In this document: in pieces, positions 25,409 through 39,517 of the stretch
How positions within the stretch are numbered: the first letter of the stretch is position 1
Layout: each line of letters starts with the position of its first letter
From: Sphaeroforma arctica JP610
Taxonomy: Eukaryota
DNA length: 46,709 bases
Assembly: GCF_001186125.1 (NCBI RefSeq)
Contig: NW_014040346.1
Location: 47,360-94,068, forward strand
Direction: 5' to 3'
Notes under the pieces: model-generated
The model's input: the letters and a program-made list of their open reading frames with translations, nothing else
Told to the model about the DNA's origin: nothing
The model's database searches: none
Position numbers and translations under genes: made by a program

Positions 25409-26692
25409 CTTGCCTCGTTCTCAGCCAGCCCAGCCGACGTCCTCAGACAAAAAATGAATCCTTTGAAGCACGCTCAGTATGGCATTCACCGCTAATGTGT
25501 ATGCATGAACTCTATAATGTATTTACGCTTTTTAAAATATGTATATAGTGCGTATGGTAATCAACCCTATCACAATGTGTACTACAGTAAATACATGCTA
25601 AATAGTAGCGAATTTGAGATGCCCCCACTGGCAGAGTGGCCGGGCCTACACCACCATAGGATGATGCTGGTAGCCTGGTACAATGTATTTACATTTCTTT
25701 TAAATACCAACATCAATTTAAGATAGTACACTCTTTGTTTTAAATTAGTCCCCCTTGATCGTTGGTGATTTTAAAATACAACACTGCATTTAATTTAAAA
25801 TACGCACTGGGGTGCGTTGGTCTCTGGGATATCGCAATTTTCAAACCACAAGTCCACAACCCGCCAAAACCTGAACCAAAAATCGGTGCGTTAGTTCGGT
25901 ACCTAATTTTTGTCAACGGCCCACTACCGGCCTCCCTTGGCCTTGGCCATTAACAAAACGACTTGCACTGTGTGAATCTCAGAGACTCTGTCACTCAGAC
26001 TCAAATCTTCAATTCCTAATTTCTCCACAGCACTGCTGCGACAGCGGGAGATTTTTATAACCGAAACGCAACGAGAGGCTCTCCATAGAGAGAGAGAAGA
26101 CAATTTTTAACATTTGTTGCTTGAAATCTCCTCCACTGCTGCAGGTAGGGTTTCTTATATTTATCTGGAAAGCTACGAAAGTTTTTCCATTGCATCTGAG
26201 CGACTGTTTATGGTCTTCAAAAAAGAACGTTTGTTGGGAGAAATATGACATAAATATAGAGAGATTAATAATATCCACAATCAACGGACAATCGCAGGAT
26301 CAAAAAGCGCTGAGAGATTGAAAATTCGGATCAGGAAAAGTGGAAAAGGGCGGGCTTTACACTTTGTAGTTAGCACACTCGACAGCTCTAGTAGAGAGGT
26401 GCAGTGCGCCATATCACACAACATAGAATACAGAACTTGAACAAACAGGTCCACACGACATACGTACACAAGTGTCACAACACAGACACCTTACGTGTGT
26501 ACCTGTGTGTTTAGTACATGTACCCGATCCGTTGCGCATTCGCATAGATTGGCATGCATACCCGATACGTGTACATATTATCTGGTACACGTTTAAGTGC
26601 GCTAATAACAATGGCTGCTTGATTCTGTTTGATTCTGTACCGGTGTGAAAACGTATGCTAAGCTTGAGCCTTGAGGTCCAATTGGTTCCAAC
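25409..26692. promoter_or_regulatory. Divergent intergenic region between the CWC27 and ARID2-like start codons
   Basis: Head-to-head ATGs at 25408 (-) and 26693 (+). No specific elements identified. Confidence 0.5.
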
Positions 26693-27660
26693 ATGTCCGC
26701 AGCCCACTTGGAGAGCGTCCCTGAGGAGCCCGACCATGTTTTCCAGGCTCGTTTGTCGAAGTTCTTGAAATCACTCGGGTATGTTGTATATACCGCATTG
26801 AGTAGTGCACTAGTAGTTCTAATGGTATAACAAGCGACGTGTTAGTCTTGCCGAATGACGTGAGTATCTGGCTTGCATGCTAACGAATAGTGAGCCATGC
26901 ACTTCAAAGACTGGTACCAAGTGTGCCAGTTGTATGGAATTATGTGGTATATGTGGGTTAGCACCGTGCTCGTGTGTGAATCTTCTGGTAAACACTATGT
27001 GAACATAGAAAAATCGTATATTTTTGCAGTTCTTGAATGACATCGGCTTTTTCGATGCCTTCAGCAACTCTGTGGCAAGCTTATGAAGTCACGTCAGTGT
27101 TTCTATGGCTTCTCTGATGCCTTCAGCAACTCTGCGGCAAGCTTTTAGAATCACTTACCTTTTTTAAGAGAAGTGTTTTACCCTGTAGTACACCCGTAGA
27201 TATACCTATTTTGTCACTGTGTAATTCAAGCGTGCATGTCGAATTTTCAGGAGTCAATCATATTCACTAGCGTGTGGTGTAGCAAAAATTGTTGCTATCT
27301 GCTGTTAGTGCTATAGTCTGTATTATGGGGATTTATGGTCACTCTGTTTTGTACTCACGTGGTCAAGCTACGTTATACAATGTGCGTGATACCGTTTAAC
27401 GCTGATGAGGCTTTTTAGTGCCATTGCATGGTTCCGGACCAATCGACTTTTTTATAAACGTCATTTGAATATGTTGTTCGAAGAAGTCGTCTGGAGTGTA
27501 GCAAAGCAATTTGTGACATACTATTCGATATAATGAGTCTCGAAACTTCACCTCGCCATGACGTCGCGATCGAGTAGCGACATCAGTGCTAAACTCTGGT
27601 GTAGTATCATATATATATATGTGTGTGTGTGTATGTGTGTGTGTGTGTATGTGCAGTATC

Positions 27661-27707
<47 letters not shown>

Positions 27708-27711
27708 TATC

Positions 27712-27752
<41 letters not shown>

Positions 27753-30700
27753 CGTTTGTGTGTATATATATATATGTGTGTGTGTTTAAGTTTCAGCAGT
27801 AACTGGCGATCTGTTTTCGCACGCAATGTTGAGACAGTGTGCGTCGACACCTTTCCACCTCAGCTAGCTCTGACATCTCTGTACACACACTGCCAATCGC
27901 AACTTCGCAGTCGCAGTGTATTTACAAAGACAAATACGCATTTCAAATATGAATCCTTTGTGAAGCCATGTACTGAACGTACATAGCATGTGTATGTATG
28001 TATGTATGTATATACGTATATACATTTATTATATATATTTGTGTGTGTGTGTGCTCGTGTAAGCGCTTATATATTTATATTTTCCTCTGGATACAAATAT
28101 TGAATATATTTATTTATGTTGTAGGGTTTTATGGTATGTATCTATATATATTGTAATATTGTTATATTGTTATACCTACTTATTTGGACATATTTACGGC
28201 TATATGTGGTGTATTTGGATCCGTTTATTAGTTCTTTACTGAACACGAATTTGCACCCATCAAAGCTAATTTCTCAAGACTTTAGGTGTATGACTTCGTC
28301 TGACCAAATACAAACCTAGTGTCGCGCGCTTTACTTTCACTTGTGCCTGATGTTTTTGTACTTTAGCATGTCATCTGTTTAGGTATTTTCTCTCAGTGCC
28401 CGCTCACTCCTAATTGTGATATATGTCGACTATTGGCAGTGGGTTATTCGTAAAAAATCTTTGCTGCGTGTGCGCTATTCCATCGCATCTCGTTTACATG
28501 GTTTTATCGATATCCTGTACTCTGAGTTGCTATTTCACGCACATGTGCCTTTACTTGATATTCTATTTGTGCCCATTTGTGTTTTGTCAGGTGTATTATG
28601 CTTGGTTGTATTGTAGCGTCTTTGAGCTTACCGTTGTCTACTTATACCTTTGCTCTGCTACGTTGTGCCATTGTCGTCAGTTGCCAGTGTTCATATCGAT
28701 AGTACACTGAACTGTTATATGAATCACGCTCTAGTATATCTGTAACAAACAGGACCTGAATATGTTTGAATTTCAAAGTTTCCCACATATTATGTCGTAG
28801 TGTGTATGTTCCTTGTCATTCGAGTTTTAGTCATGGAAGTGCGAATAGATCTACACTATCCCATACAAATTATCAATTTTCTCCATTAGTACGACGCGCC
28901 TAGGGTTTAGTATGTGGTATCAACCACATATGTACATATTGATAAGTGTATTGGTGTCATCGTTTATGATTGCTAAAGAAGCTGAAATTCACAATCCCTC
29001 CTGTCACGAATGAACTGCCAACAACGATACTCACCTCGCTCGCCTTCTCTTCTTGACGTGTATAGCAAGGACTATGCGACGAAGACACCCAAGCTAGGCG
29101 GAAGCCAAATAAACTTGCACTTTCTATATAGACAAGTCGTGCAACGAGGAGGATTCACAACGGTGAGTGTGAGACATGTATATTTATAAGTGTTTATATA
29201 TATATATGTGTGTGTGTGTGTCTGTATATATATATATATATACTTTGCGTTTGTGTGTGTCAAGCGCTTATATTATTTATGGTATTTCTGAGCTGTAGCC
29301 TGAGTCATTTTTTGGTATACTTGTGGCATAATATTGTGTAATACCTGACGAGCAGACCGTCTTAGTACCGATATTGGCTGTTGAAATGGACTTGTTTGAT
29401 AAGTATACATATACATACGATTGAATTTGAATATATTCTGTATTCTAGAAATGCAGAACCATACGATTAAAGATTGTTTTGTGTATCAAAATGAAAGAGA
29501 CCGGCTTCGATCACATCGCAAATACCGAGCGTCATGGTTTTACATGTTTTCGATACTCCTCTTGCATGTAGCAAGTATTTAGAAGCTGTTTCTAATCTTG
29601 TCTCTCGGCCACACACGTGCACAAGCGTGTAGTTGCAAATGTGGCAAACATGGTAGAAGCGGTTGTCGACTAAAGAAACACGCGAAGCAAGGCAAATTTT
29701 ATCATCGATATCGATACGAGTGGATATCAACCTTCCAAATATATTCAATACCCAAGGATAAGGGAAGAGTGATTACCACAGTCTATTTGTGGAATGGAAT
29801 TGAGAACATAGGATCTATTGTACTTATCTCGTGAAGGCCATATCGCTACCACAGGACGATATGCTGCGTATATTGAATCCCACATTTTCAAACATATATG
29901 TCAACCCAGGTAACGCGCAAGAAGGATTGGAAGTATGTATCCGCTCTCTTCTTGCTGCCACGATCATGCACGAATGCATCGTTTCAGCTGCGGCAGATGT
30001 ACTACAAGTGGCTGTATGCATACGAAGAAGCACATTTTCCCGGTTGTGTTCCTGTAAGCAAGGTTGACATCCCACCCAGTTTTTATGCTCATTGGAAGCC
30101 TAGGGATGCCTCCCCCGAATCGCCTACGCAAAGTATGCATGTATGAGTGTGTTTGGTATTGTATGTAGTCCTTTATGTAAAACTAGTGTATTACTGTATG
30201 TCTTACGTGGAATATAGTGGCTATACTTGTGTCAATGATAGTAGATGGTTAGTGTTTGTATTACGTACAGATTGAAGAATTTTTGAATGTGCTCGTGTGT
30301 AGTTGAACCTTCATAAACTTTGCAGGTTATATACCTGCTGAGAAGACATAATCGGCCCGTGAGGCGCGGAGATTCTGGTGCACTATACACACAAGATTTT
30401 ATCTGCTTTCGTGAACAATTATATGGAACCAAAGTATATATCTTATCTCTATATTTGCGTATAGTTGAATACTCAAAGATTTGCTTATTATTAACCATCG
30501 ACTGAGAGTATGTAAATTTTTGTGTATGTATATGTATTTCAATGTGGAAACCAAAATACACCTCACAACTGTAATGTCGTATAGTTGAACACTCACACGT
30601 GTATATCATGAGTCAATAAGGATGTTCACTTCAAACTCTAGGCCTGCAATCATAAACGCATCCGTGGGCTCTTCCGCGCCCACTGCCTATATACTGGTGG

Positions 30701-33700
30701 TTTTGTACACATATTTTAATCTTCAATACAATATCTGAAAACATGATGTATTACACCAGTTTTGATACCGATTCTAATGGACTTTTACTATTCGGGATAT
30801 ATGCAGGTCAGAAATCGTTGAACCCTTCAGAGCCAACGTCACGTCGCGAGAGTGTGACTCGTTCAATATCAATTCAGCCCAATGAACAAGGCCAAATGCT
30901 CAATCAATATACACAAATACCGTCGCGACAAAGTATGTAGACATGCAAACATGCAATTGATTTTTGTTATATGCATCGACACGTGAATATACAGCAAAAC
31001 ATACATGTGTGCGTATACGATAGGCGTTTGTGTGTCTCGACAGTGTTGTAAGTGTTTATACTATGCATTTGTATCATGGATATACCTATACTCCTTACTA
31101 AGAATGGATGAATATGTGAATTGTCGTCCGTCATGGCATGTGATTGTATACCTATATGTGCAGCTCTATGCTTGTCAACTAAATTATTACATACACGGTT
31201 CATGAAAAGTGCCATTTATATTCAGTTTTAAATACTAGAATACGGATAACGCATTTGACACAGATCTGCCCATAACATCTCTCTATCATACCTTGCAGAT
31301 TCCCAGCTAGCCCCAGCGCCTCCAATGACTTTGCCGCCAAAAACCAGGGATGAGCCAATTAAATTACCTCAACGCACACTATTACAACAGGCACCACGTG
31401 TGGTGTTTGCGCTGCAATCGCAACTGCCCAATGAAGTGGACTGGGCTCTTAATACACTGCTGCTGATCACATACGAGTTCCGCATTGATTGTATTGAAGC
31501 CATCTGCCTGCCGTCAACGTATGTCGTGACATTCGCTAGTTCCTTAATAGGCGATCCCTTTTAAATGACTGAATATATTTATTTTTTGAGTTTGTTTACT
31601 TATGGGCACCCGAAACTTATGTTGATTCATGTGTTTGTGACTCGATACCTATACATAATCGTATGTAAATATGTGCATATATTAATGTATGTATGTATGT
31701 TATGTTTGTATGTATGTATGTATTTGTTGGTTGATGTATATATAAATGTGTGTATATATGTATATATGCGTGTGTGTTTCTATGTTTGTATGTATGTACA
31801 TATATTAGGTATATTGTTTAATATTCAAATTTATTCTTTATTCCACTACTTTATATGTAATAACTCCTCAACAAGTGAGACTTGACACCTACGCGTAATA
31901 AGCTCTGCATTATAGCTGTCATTTGCTACAGATGTCGGTGGCATTGTGACGCGATTTTATTGATGTATCCTACAGCTGTAACTACACATGATATGTACTT
32001 ATAGTCATCTTCGATTTCCAATTGTAGTTTGCTACAGATGCTGGTGGCACTGATACGTGAGTCGCTATCCGATATGTTTGCGACCAAGAGCAATACAGCC
32101 AAATCTGCAAACACGCGCACCCACCGCATCGTCATGCCCGACAGTAAGAACCACAAGCGATTGAAACTCGACGAAGCCAGCACCACGTGTCCTATAAATA
32201 TTACGAAGCCCACCACGCGTGGTGGCTCAGAAGATGGCCAGTCAGACCTTACTATCGACACCACCAGAGCAGGTGGTAGTAGCACAAGCAGTGGTGCTAA
32301 TACTAACAAGTATCTTAGTGAGAGAGTTAGGCAAATGCTGGCCGCAGAAGTGGGTGACGAAGATGGGATTGATTATTTCCACAACCTGAACAGCGATGGA
32401 CCTATTGGAGAAGCTCGCCGCGAGCGTAGCACCACTGCACTGACCGTGCTGAGCAACATGTCGTTGGTACCCATGTACGCCAATATCATGTCCACAGACA
32501 CCGCTCTCTTGGAGATGTTGTTGCTTGTTGTGAGTGGAGAAGGTACTATTGATAGCAGTAGTAGCAGTAGCGAAGGGGATGTTGAGGGAGAAGCTGTACG
32601 GGATATTGGAGAGGATACGTTAGGAGGAAATGGACGCACGGGCGCTCAATTGGCCACGTGCTTACAGGTGGACACAGCCCTGGACATACTCAGCAACATC
32701 TCAGCCTTCGTAGTGGTACCGGATTTACCGCCGCATATCCGTGCGTCTCTGATGCAAACAATACAAAGGAATGTCACAGCGCCCAGAGATCGAAAGGTGG
32801 TTATTGAGTGTGTGAATGTACTGGGCAGGCTGTGTGTACCTCTGGATACCAGAATGTGGCTGCAGAAGGAGAACGAGGGTCATATACCTACGATTGGAGG
32901 TGCACCGGTAAGCCCCGGACCGTTGTTGCGGGGTGCGAGTTCAAGCCCAGCGTTAGACCCGCCTGTTACTGCTAATAACTCTCGAAACAGTCATCAGAGA
33001 AGATCTAGTTCCTGCAGTGATTGCGAGGAGAATGCACAGAATAATTCTTCATATAGGACTGGTCTCGGATTAGCATCGGAACTTGACCTCGATTCCGAGT
33101 TCGATGACAGCGACGAAGAAGATGCGGTACAAAACAGCGCAGAAAAACATTACTGTACCGAATTTTACAGCACAGCCTTCGTCCCTTCCCTGGTTTCCCT
33201 TCTGGATCGTTCTGACCCGCACCTGATGCTAGCTGTTTCAGACTGTTTGTACCAGTTAACACACGTATCGCAGCGTTATGCAAATGCTGTCGCACAACAA
33301 CCAGGTGTTATAGGGTTGTTGGTGGCGCTTTTGACATTCAATGTGAAAGACGAGGAGGCTTTGTTTGACTGGGATTTGCACGAGGATGTCATTGATATGC
33401 GTGGTGCGGCTGCCCCATTCCCGGGTCATGCAGGTAGGCTATATATTTATATATGTGTGTGTGCACTTGTACTTGTATTTGTATTTGTATTTGTACATAT
33501 ACAGTGCATATATAGTATGTGTATATATCTATATATATATATATGTATATTACAATCGATATAATATGATATGATATACTCGTGGTTGCGACATTGATAC
33601 CTTCAGTTCGGCATCGCTTCCTCCCAGTTATACAGGAATATAAATGTGATTATTGTTCGCCTGTGTCAGTCCGTGTCGGTTCTCGAGTACACAAGTGGAT

Positions 33701-36700
33701 CTGTTCGTCTTTATTCGCATATTGAAATGGAGTTTCGTATGCACTTGCATGTATATATATGCTTATTTTTATACTTGTACTTATAATTGTACTATTTATA
33801 TCTGTATTTGTACTTGTATATTCATACATTCATATATATATATTTGTGTGCCGATATGTGTCACTGCATCAAATACATTATTCACTGCTTCTCCTAAGAA
33901 GCACACGCTGATTCTGATTCCGATATTTTCGAATACACAGGAACGCTGGGTGCGCGACCGCTGATGGGCAAAGCTCTTCCCGCAGCAATGCCCACGTTCT
34001 TTCCCCAATTTTCCCTGGACCAGAAAAAGAACAAGAAAAATGAGATAAAACCGGCACAGGCACGCTTACGGACAGCAGCTAGGGTACATGGCCGTTTACG
34101 TGCGTCAATGAAGACGCATACTCAAACTAATTCGCATCGCAATCGTAAGTCTAGCACCGCAGTCGCACAAGTGGACGGTGCAGATGATGAACACCCTCAT
34201 ACAGCCAATTTAACCTCAGGTGCGAGGTTATCTCAATCACACTTGTACCCCACAGCAAAGAGGGAGGTATGCTTACGTCGTGTAACATCGTGTCGACACG
34301 AGGCGAAGAGTGTGGGTAGGTGTGAGCATGCACGCGCATGCATGCACGCACAACCCCATAAGGTTGAGTCCGCTATTGAGATAGGTTTAAAACGAGGACA
34401 TCTGGAACGAAGAACCCCACACCACGCTGGAGGGAAGTTGGAGAAATCACGTGGCAAAGTGGATCCGCAACTGCAGTTTATGTCTCGATTTTTTGGCGAA
34501 GACCTGGCGATATCGCAGGTGGATGGGGTGAGTGACGAAGTGGGGACTACCAGCGAAGCGCTGGCCGACCTTTCGTACGATGATGGGACCATGGTGGATG
34601 CTGTGGGGTTGGATAGCCCGCAAGCGGACGGTAATACGCAAGAAGCAAATGTGACTGTTGCAGATGACGTTGATCGACTTCATTTAGGGAATAGACCTGT
34701 TGCTGAACATGTGTCCGAGAATACATCTCAAGGAGCGGTTTCTGAGCTGGTTGTCACTGATGATATGCTTAAAGCAGGCTTGGAAAGTTTGCAACACGAT
34801 TTGGTACATATCAGTGAGAATTTGGGTATTAGTCCGTTGAAAACTGCCGCACTCGGCAAGTTGTCGCTTCCTGTGATTCGAGGCCCGAAAGTGGATGCCC
34901 ACGCTCCAAAATCCACAGAAGATGACAACCTTTCGAAGAAATTCACGAAGGAGGCAACCAATGTACAGTCGCCAATTGTCAGTAGCTTGCCAACTGCGAG
35001 CATTGTTTCGATGGCTATTCCTTCCACAGTTAATAATCTAAATGGGACCGAACCAATGTTTGATGGTCCTGAGAGCAGCGAAGTCGCCCGGGCTGCGATA
35101 AAGGGCGAATTGCAGCACCTTTGCACGGAGGCAGATAGTCCGCATACAAATCCAATCGATGCCCAAACCAATGTGGATGTTATACAGTCAGGTGTGAGTG
35201 AAAATCGCCTGCCAATCACGACAGATGGATCGCAAACAAGTGTGTCTACCGAACCTCCTGTTGAAGATGTAACACACACGGCCTTGATGAGCAATCACAC
35301 AGATGTAAAGAACAACTCTGTAGCTAGCAATTGGGCGGGCTTGGAGGCTGATCTGGACACAAGAACCAATGGAATCCATATTTTAGCCGCAATGGCAGGC
35401 GGCAGCCAATCAGAATCAAGCAATAGTAAAGTATCAGCCAATGAAACATCATACAACATCAATCCTCCGGATAAGGGAACCTCTGGAACAGGAACTGTCG
35501 ACACCGCTCCACCGGAAGCAACCCTGATCAGCGCATACAATCAAAGTGTTACAGTGTCGGACCCTGCTAATATGCCATCTGCAGGTGAAGTGGCCACCAA
35601 GCCAATTATGATAAGTCAAGCCTCTGCAGACAAACCTACTGTGACAAGTCAATTTCCTATTCGTGCGCCTATACAACAACCCCGTGTATTGTCGAACTTT
35701 ACGGGTAGCACGCCCGTGGCTACAGGTACAAGTGTAGCTGATGATGCGATAGTTGATTTTGCCTTAAATTCTGACCCAAAAAGGCCTGGAACGGCACAGA
35801 ATACAAATCACAGCGCGCAACAACTACAACAACCGCAGCAAGTTGTCCAGGCAGCGGGTTCAGGTGTGGGTAGTGAGCCACAAAATTTTAATACAAATCA
35901 CAGCGCGCAACAACTACAACGACCACAGCAAGTTGTTCAGGCAGCGAGTTCAGGTGTGGGTAGTGAGCCACAAAATGTTCAACAAGGGATTGTAAGTACC
36001 TGTGGGGATGTCAGGGCACCTGGAGCTGTGATACAGGTTATTAATCAGGAACACGCTGATCAACAGGCATCAGTCAATGTCGTCGATGAAGCGCAGCCGC
36101 CTACAGCCATACCGCAGCCTAGAATGGCAAGTAATGTGGCGACTGGGAATACATCAGACTACAATTCTGGGGCTTGGCTGCATGAGCAAGCAAAGGGTAA
36201 TTCAGTACATAGTACTCAAGTACCGGGCAATCTTGCCCAAAATACTCGGCTGCAGCCAAGACCCCCACCGCCGACGCTCAAGCAGCAACAAACTGTGTTT
36301 TATCAGGACCATGGTAAGGATATGGAGCACAGTAGGAGGCACAATATCAAACCTATGTACCCACAAGCATCCGTTCCTAACAACAGTACACCCCAACAAA
36401 TATATCCACATTCGAATGGCACGTATGTGAAGCAACCGCAGTCGCAACATGGTGGGCGTGAAGCTGTATATTCAGTACATCCTGTTGTTGATAAATCTCG
36501 AACGCCATATCAGCCGAACCCGCAAGTGCAGACTCAGGCGCAGCAGTCTTATAAGCCACCTGTGTCGCCCAGGCAGTCATCCGAGTATCTACACACCCAC
36601 GCACACAACGCCCCGCAAGCATCATCACACGTCAAGGCACAAGCACAAGGCCAACAGCAACAATTATCACAGCAGCAGCAAACGTTAATAGACGCACGTA

Positions 36701-37844
36701 TACTAATGCCACGAGACGATGTGGGCGATGGGAGGAACGAAAGTTTCCCTGTTCATACACAGCCACAGGTTGGCAACGCTATAAATGAGGTTGTAGTCAA
36801 CAATACTCATGTGACTGGGGCATTGCAAAACAATATGGAATCCGCTTCACAAGTGCGCGACTTTGAGCCAGATGGCCTGCCAGTGCTCACAACACCCGAG
36901 GCATCGGAGACGTCGGACACAAACATGTCTGACACTGAGAGTGAGGAGGATGTCGTACTGACTGCAGGTGTGTCAAATGTGCCCGGATGTTGATCTGGTT
37001 TGCTTCCGAATACTTTTTTTTATTTATGTACTATCCTGATAGCCGTGGAATTTGCGAACTTGTTTTTCCTCTCGTATGTGCTTTGAGTATTCCCTCGCTG
37101 ATCAACTCTTAGTCGTAACCACAATTCTGCTTCGCTGTAAATGCTCGTTAAATTATACTCCCGTCATCTTTCCACCTTATTCTCCATGACCTGATATCAA
37201 CAGAGCAACTCCGCAGACATACGCTGATGAAACATATCGTACGCAGCACAGCCCCACCCCGTGCCTCAGCCACTGACCATAGATCTTCTCAGAGCTCGTC
37301 AGCGCAACTGCAGACTCGCAAGAAGGCCCCAGCACCTCCACTGCAATCATTGTCGTCCATGACAAGACCACCATCTACATTCCCTGCACCCCCTCCTTCA
37401 CAGCACCCACACTCGCATCCACGAGCGAGCACGCACGCACACTCACAGGTACACCCGCGAGTTCGCGACCCCCAACAGAAGCAAGCATTCAGGCCAATTG
37501 CTGCACAGCCTCGGGTTCGTACAAGCACCGTGTCACCTGCGCTGTACGGACGACCTCAGCATGTACTACCACAGTCAGTGCAGCACCAGCACCAGTTGTT
37601 ACATGGTCAACGGTTTGCTAGTCCGTTCGACGTTCAGGTATCTGGGCCGGACCCGGTATCTACTGGAGTGCAGTTAAATGCGGCTTTGATTTTGAGGAAT
37701 ATTGCACAGCATGGTGTTGCAGATGATATCCTCTCAGCTTACGGCGAGCGTATCACGGAACTGGCTGCATCGCGGAAACATTACTCGGAACAACTGGCTA
37801 CGTGTTTGTTTGCTTTGACATCGAGGGAGAACACTGCTATCTAA
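26693..37844 (+). CDS. ARID2: ARID2/BAF200 (Rsc9)-like SWI/SNF subunit, 8 exons
   Basis: Phase-consistent exons 26693-26778, 29066-29162, 29910-30132, 30807-30932, 31299-31518, 32028-33433, 33941-36967, 37204-37844. ARID domain (PKLGGSQINLHFLYRQVVQRGGF..V...KDW...LPRSCTNASFQLRQMYYKWLYAYE), ALQSQLPNEVDWALN motif, ARM-like helices, long Q/P/S/T-rich region and C-terminal QLNAALILRNIA...LATCLFAL. Confidence 0.85.
27054..27144. repeat. 29-bp direct repeat (period 62) in ARID2 intron 1
   Basis: gatgccttcagcaactctg(t/c)ggcaagctt at 27054-27082 and 27116-27144. Confidence 0.85.
27605..27785. repeat. Higher-order microsatellite [agtatc(AT)n(GT)n] x3
   Basis: Visible directly; it explains the spurious ORFs 27396-27986. 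Confidence 0.95.
35800..35976 (+). repeat. 90-bp in-frame tandem duplication in ARID2 exon 7
   Basis: NTNHSAQQLQ(Q/R)PQQVVQAA(G/S)SGVGSEPQN twice, with few nucleotide differences. Confidence 0.95.
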
Positions 37845-39517
37845 TATGTCAATGTTGTCCTGACGGCAAAGGTGTTCCTTAATACCGATTGATATGACAC
37901 CAAATAGAATATCAAATTTGCGAGAAAAAAAATAAAAGTTAGAAACATTACTGAGCCTTGAAGCCTGGATAAGTTTTAAATTGATATATATGATCGCACT
38001 GACACCGCTCAAGTATTAAATTTGCACGATAAAAGGTTAATTATGCCTGACGTCAGGATAAATTACACCAAGTGAAAAAAGTACGATAAAACGAAGCATG
38101 GCATGGACTTCTGCTGGACAGTTGCATCCGCACTTTAGCAGATATTTACGCCTGCTTATTTCTCCCCGGAGGAGAACATCTATGGGTCATACTGTTGCTC
38201 AAGCCTCGAAGTCAAAAATGTTGTGCGCCTGCCTTTGTTCACTATATTTCAGTATTGCATGAGTTTCCCATTTGGCCTGGATTATGATGCTTGCGAAATC
38301 GCTTGCACCTGCCATACAATGCTTGCGAAAGCACTTGCAATTGTATATAAAATACATATCTGTATACATGCAGCTACGCCTACAACCGCGGTGAATATTC
38401 TTCTAAGCATTAAAGTTGATGAAATTTCCCTGAATTATATCTTTTATCGGTGTGAAATTATGTATTAAACGTTAAAGAAAAGTGCCATCCAGAATAGTGT
38501 AGTATAATTAAATACCTGGCTTCTAACCCTGATCCGTATCCTCATCGCGATCACAGTGTTTTAGAATTAGATAGTCAAACACCTTGGGATAGATGGAATA
38601 AGGAAGTCTACGCATATTTAACACCCATCGGCATGATTTTCCAAGATATCCAAGTCCATTCCAAACTCATGAACCCTAAACGACCAGAAGCTTAAACAGA
38701 AGCTAAGGTTTGTAGCCTTAATATTAGTTTACTGTAAATCCTCACCTCTCCTCGGTGTAAGTGGATTCGAACCGTTAGCTTTTTGCTATCACGCCATTAT
38801 GTGCTTAGGAAATCTAGTGTATAGGTAGCCATACTAGGGGGGATTAATTTGTTACTTTTGTCGGATGGTGTCGCTTTTGATATGATTGACAGTGATATAG
38901 GTGTCAATGGTAGTAATGTGATACCCTCTACTCCTATGAGTGTAAGATGTCTGGCTCAGACCTCTACCACCCTACCTTACCTACACTCCTACTGGAATAT
39001 CATTCTTTTTTTTCTTCGTTTTTTATGGTTCTATAAAAGCGGTCGACAGTGGACACCCATGGCTGAACTTTAATAATTCTCAAGGCCCTAAATACACCCA
39101 CAGTATAGCTAAAGTGCGGACGCTACAGGAAATATATTGCACATAGCTAACAAGCGCAAGTGCTTTTCTAGTCGTGTTTCAGCCGAAATTGGGTACTTTC
39201 ATATTTATAAATGACAAGTGATCATTTTTTTTTGTAAAGGACCACAAACTAGGTCACCCTTGATATTACCAATATTTCATGTGTTTCACTCCTGTGTCGT
39301 GTGTTGTGTGACTTCATGCCTTGACGGCGAAGTTGCGTACAATTTGAAATCAGGAAGATTTTCTATATTCAGTTAAAACTGGAGCGGATCCAATGAGGAA
39401 TGAAATTTTAAATAGTACTCCTTTTTACGATCTGGTACTGTTGAAAAGTTGAAACGGTAACTTTGGAAGTAGCAATACCCGCCAAGGACATCGCAGTGAG
39501 GGTTTTGTCGTAGGACG

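Noticed and set aside
38750..38830. tRNA gene on the - strand (B-box GGTTCGAATCC at 38763-38773)
   Set aside because: The T-stem pairs poorly and there is no A-box or cloverleaf. At most a decayed tRNA/SINE fragment.
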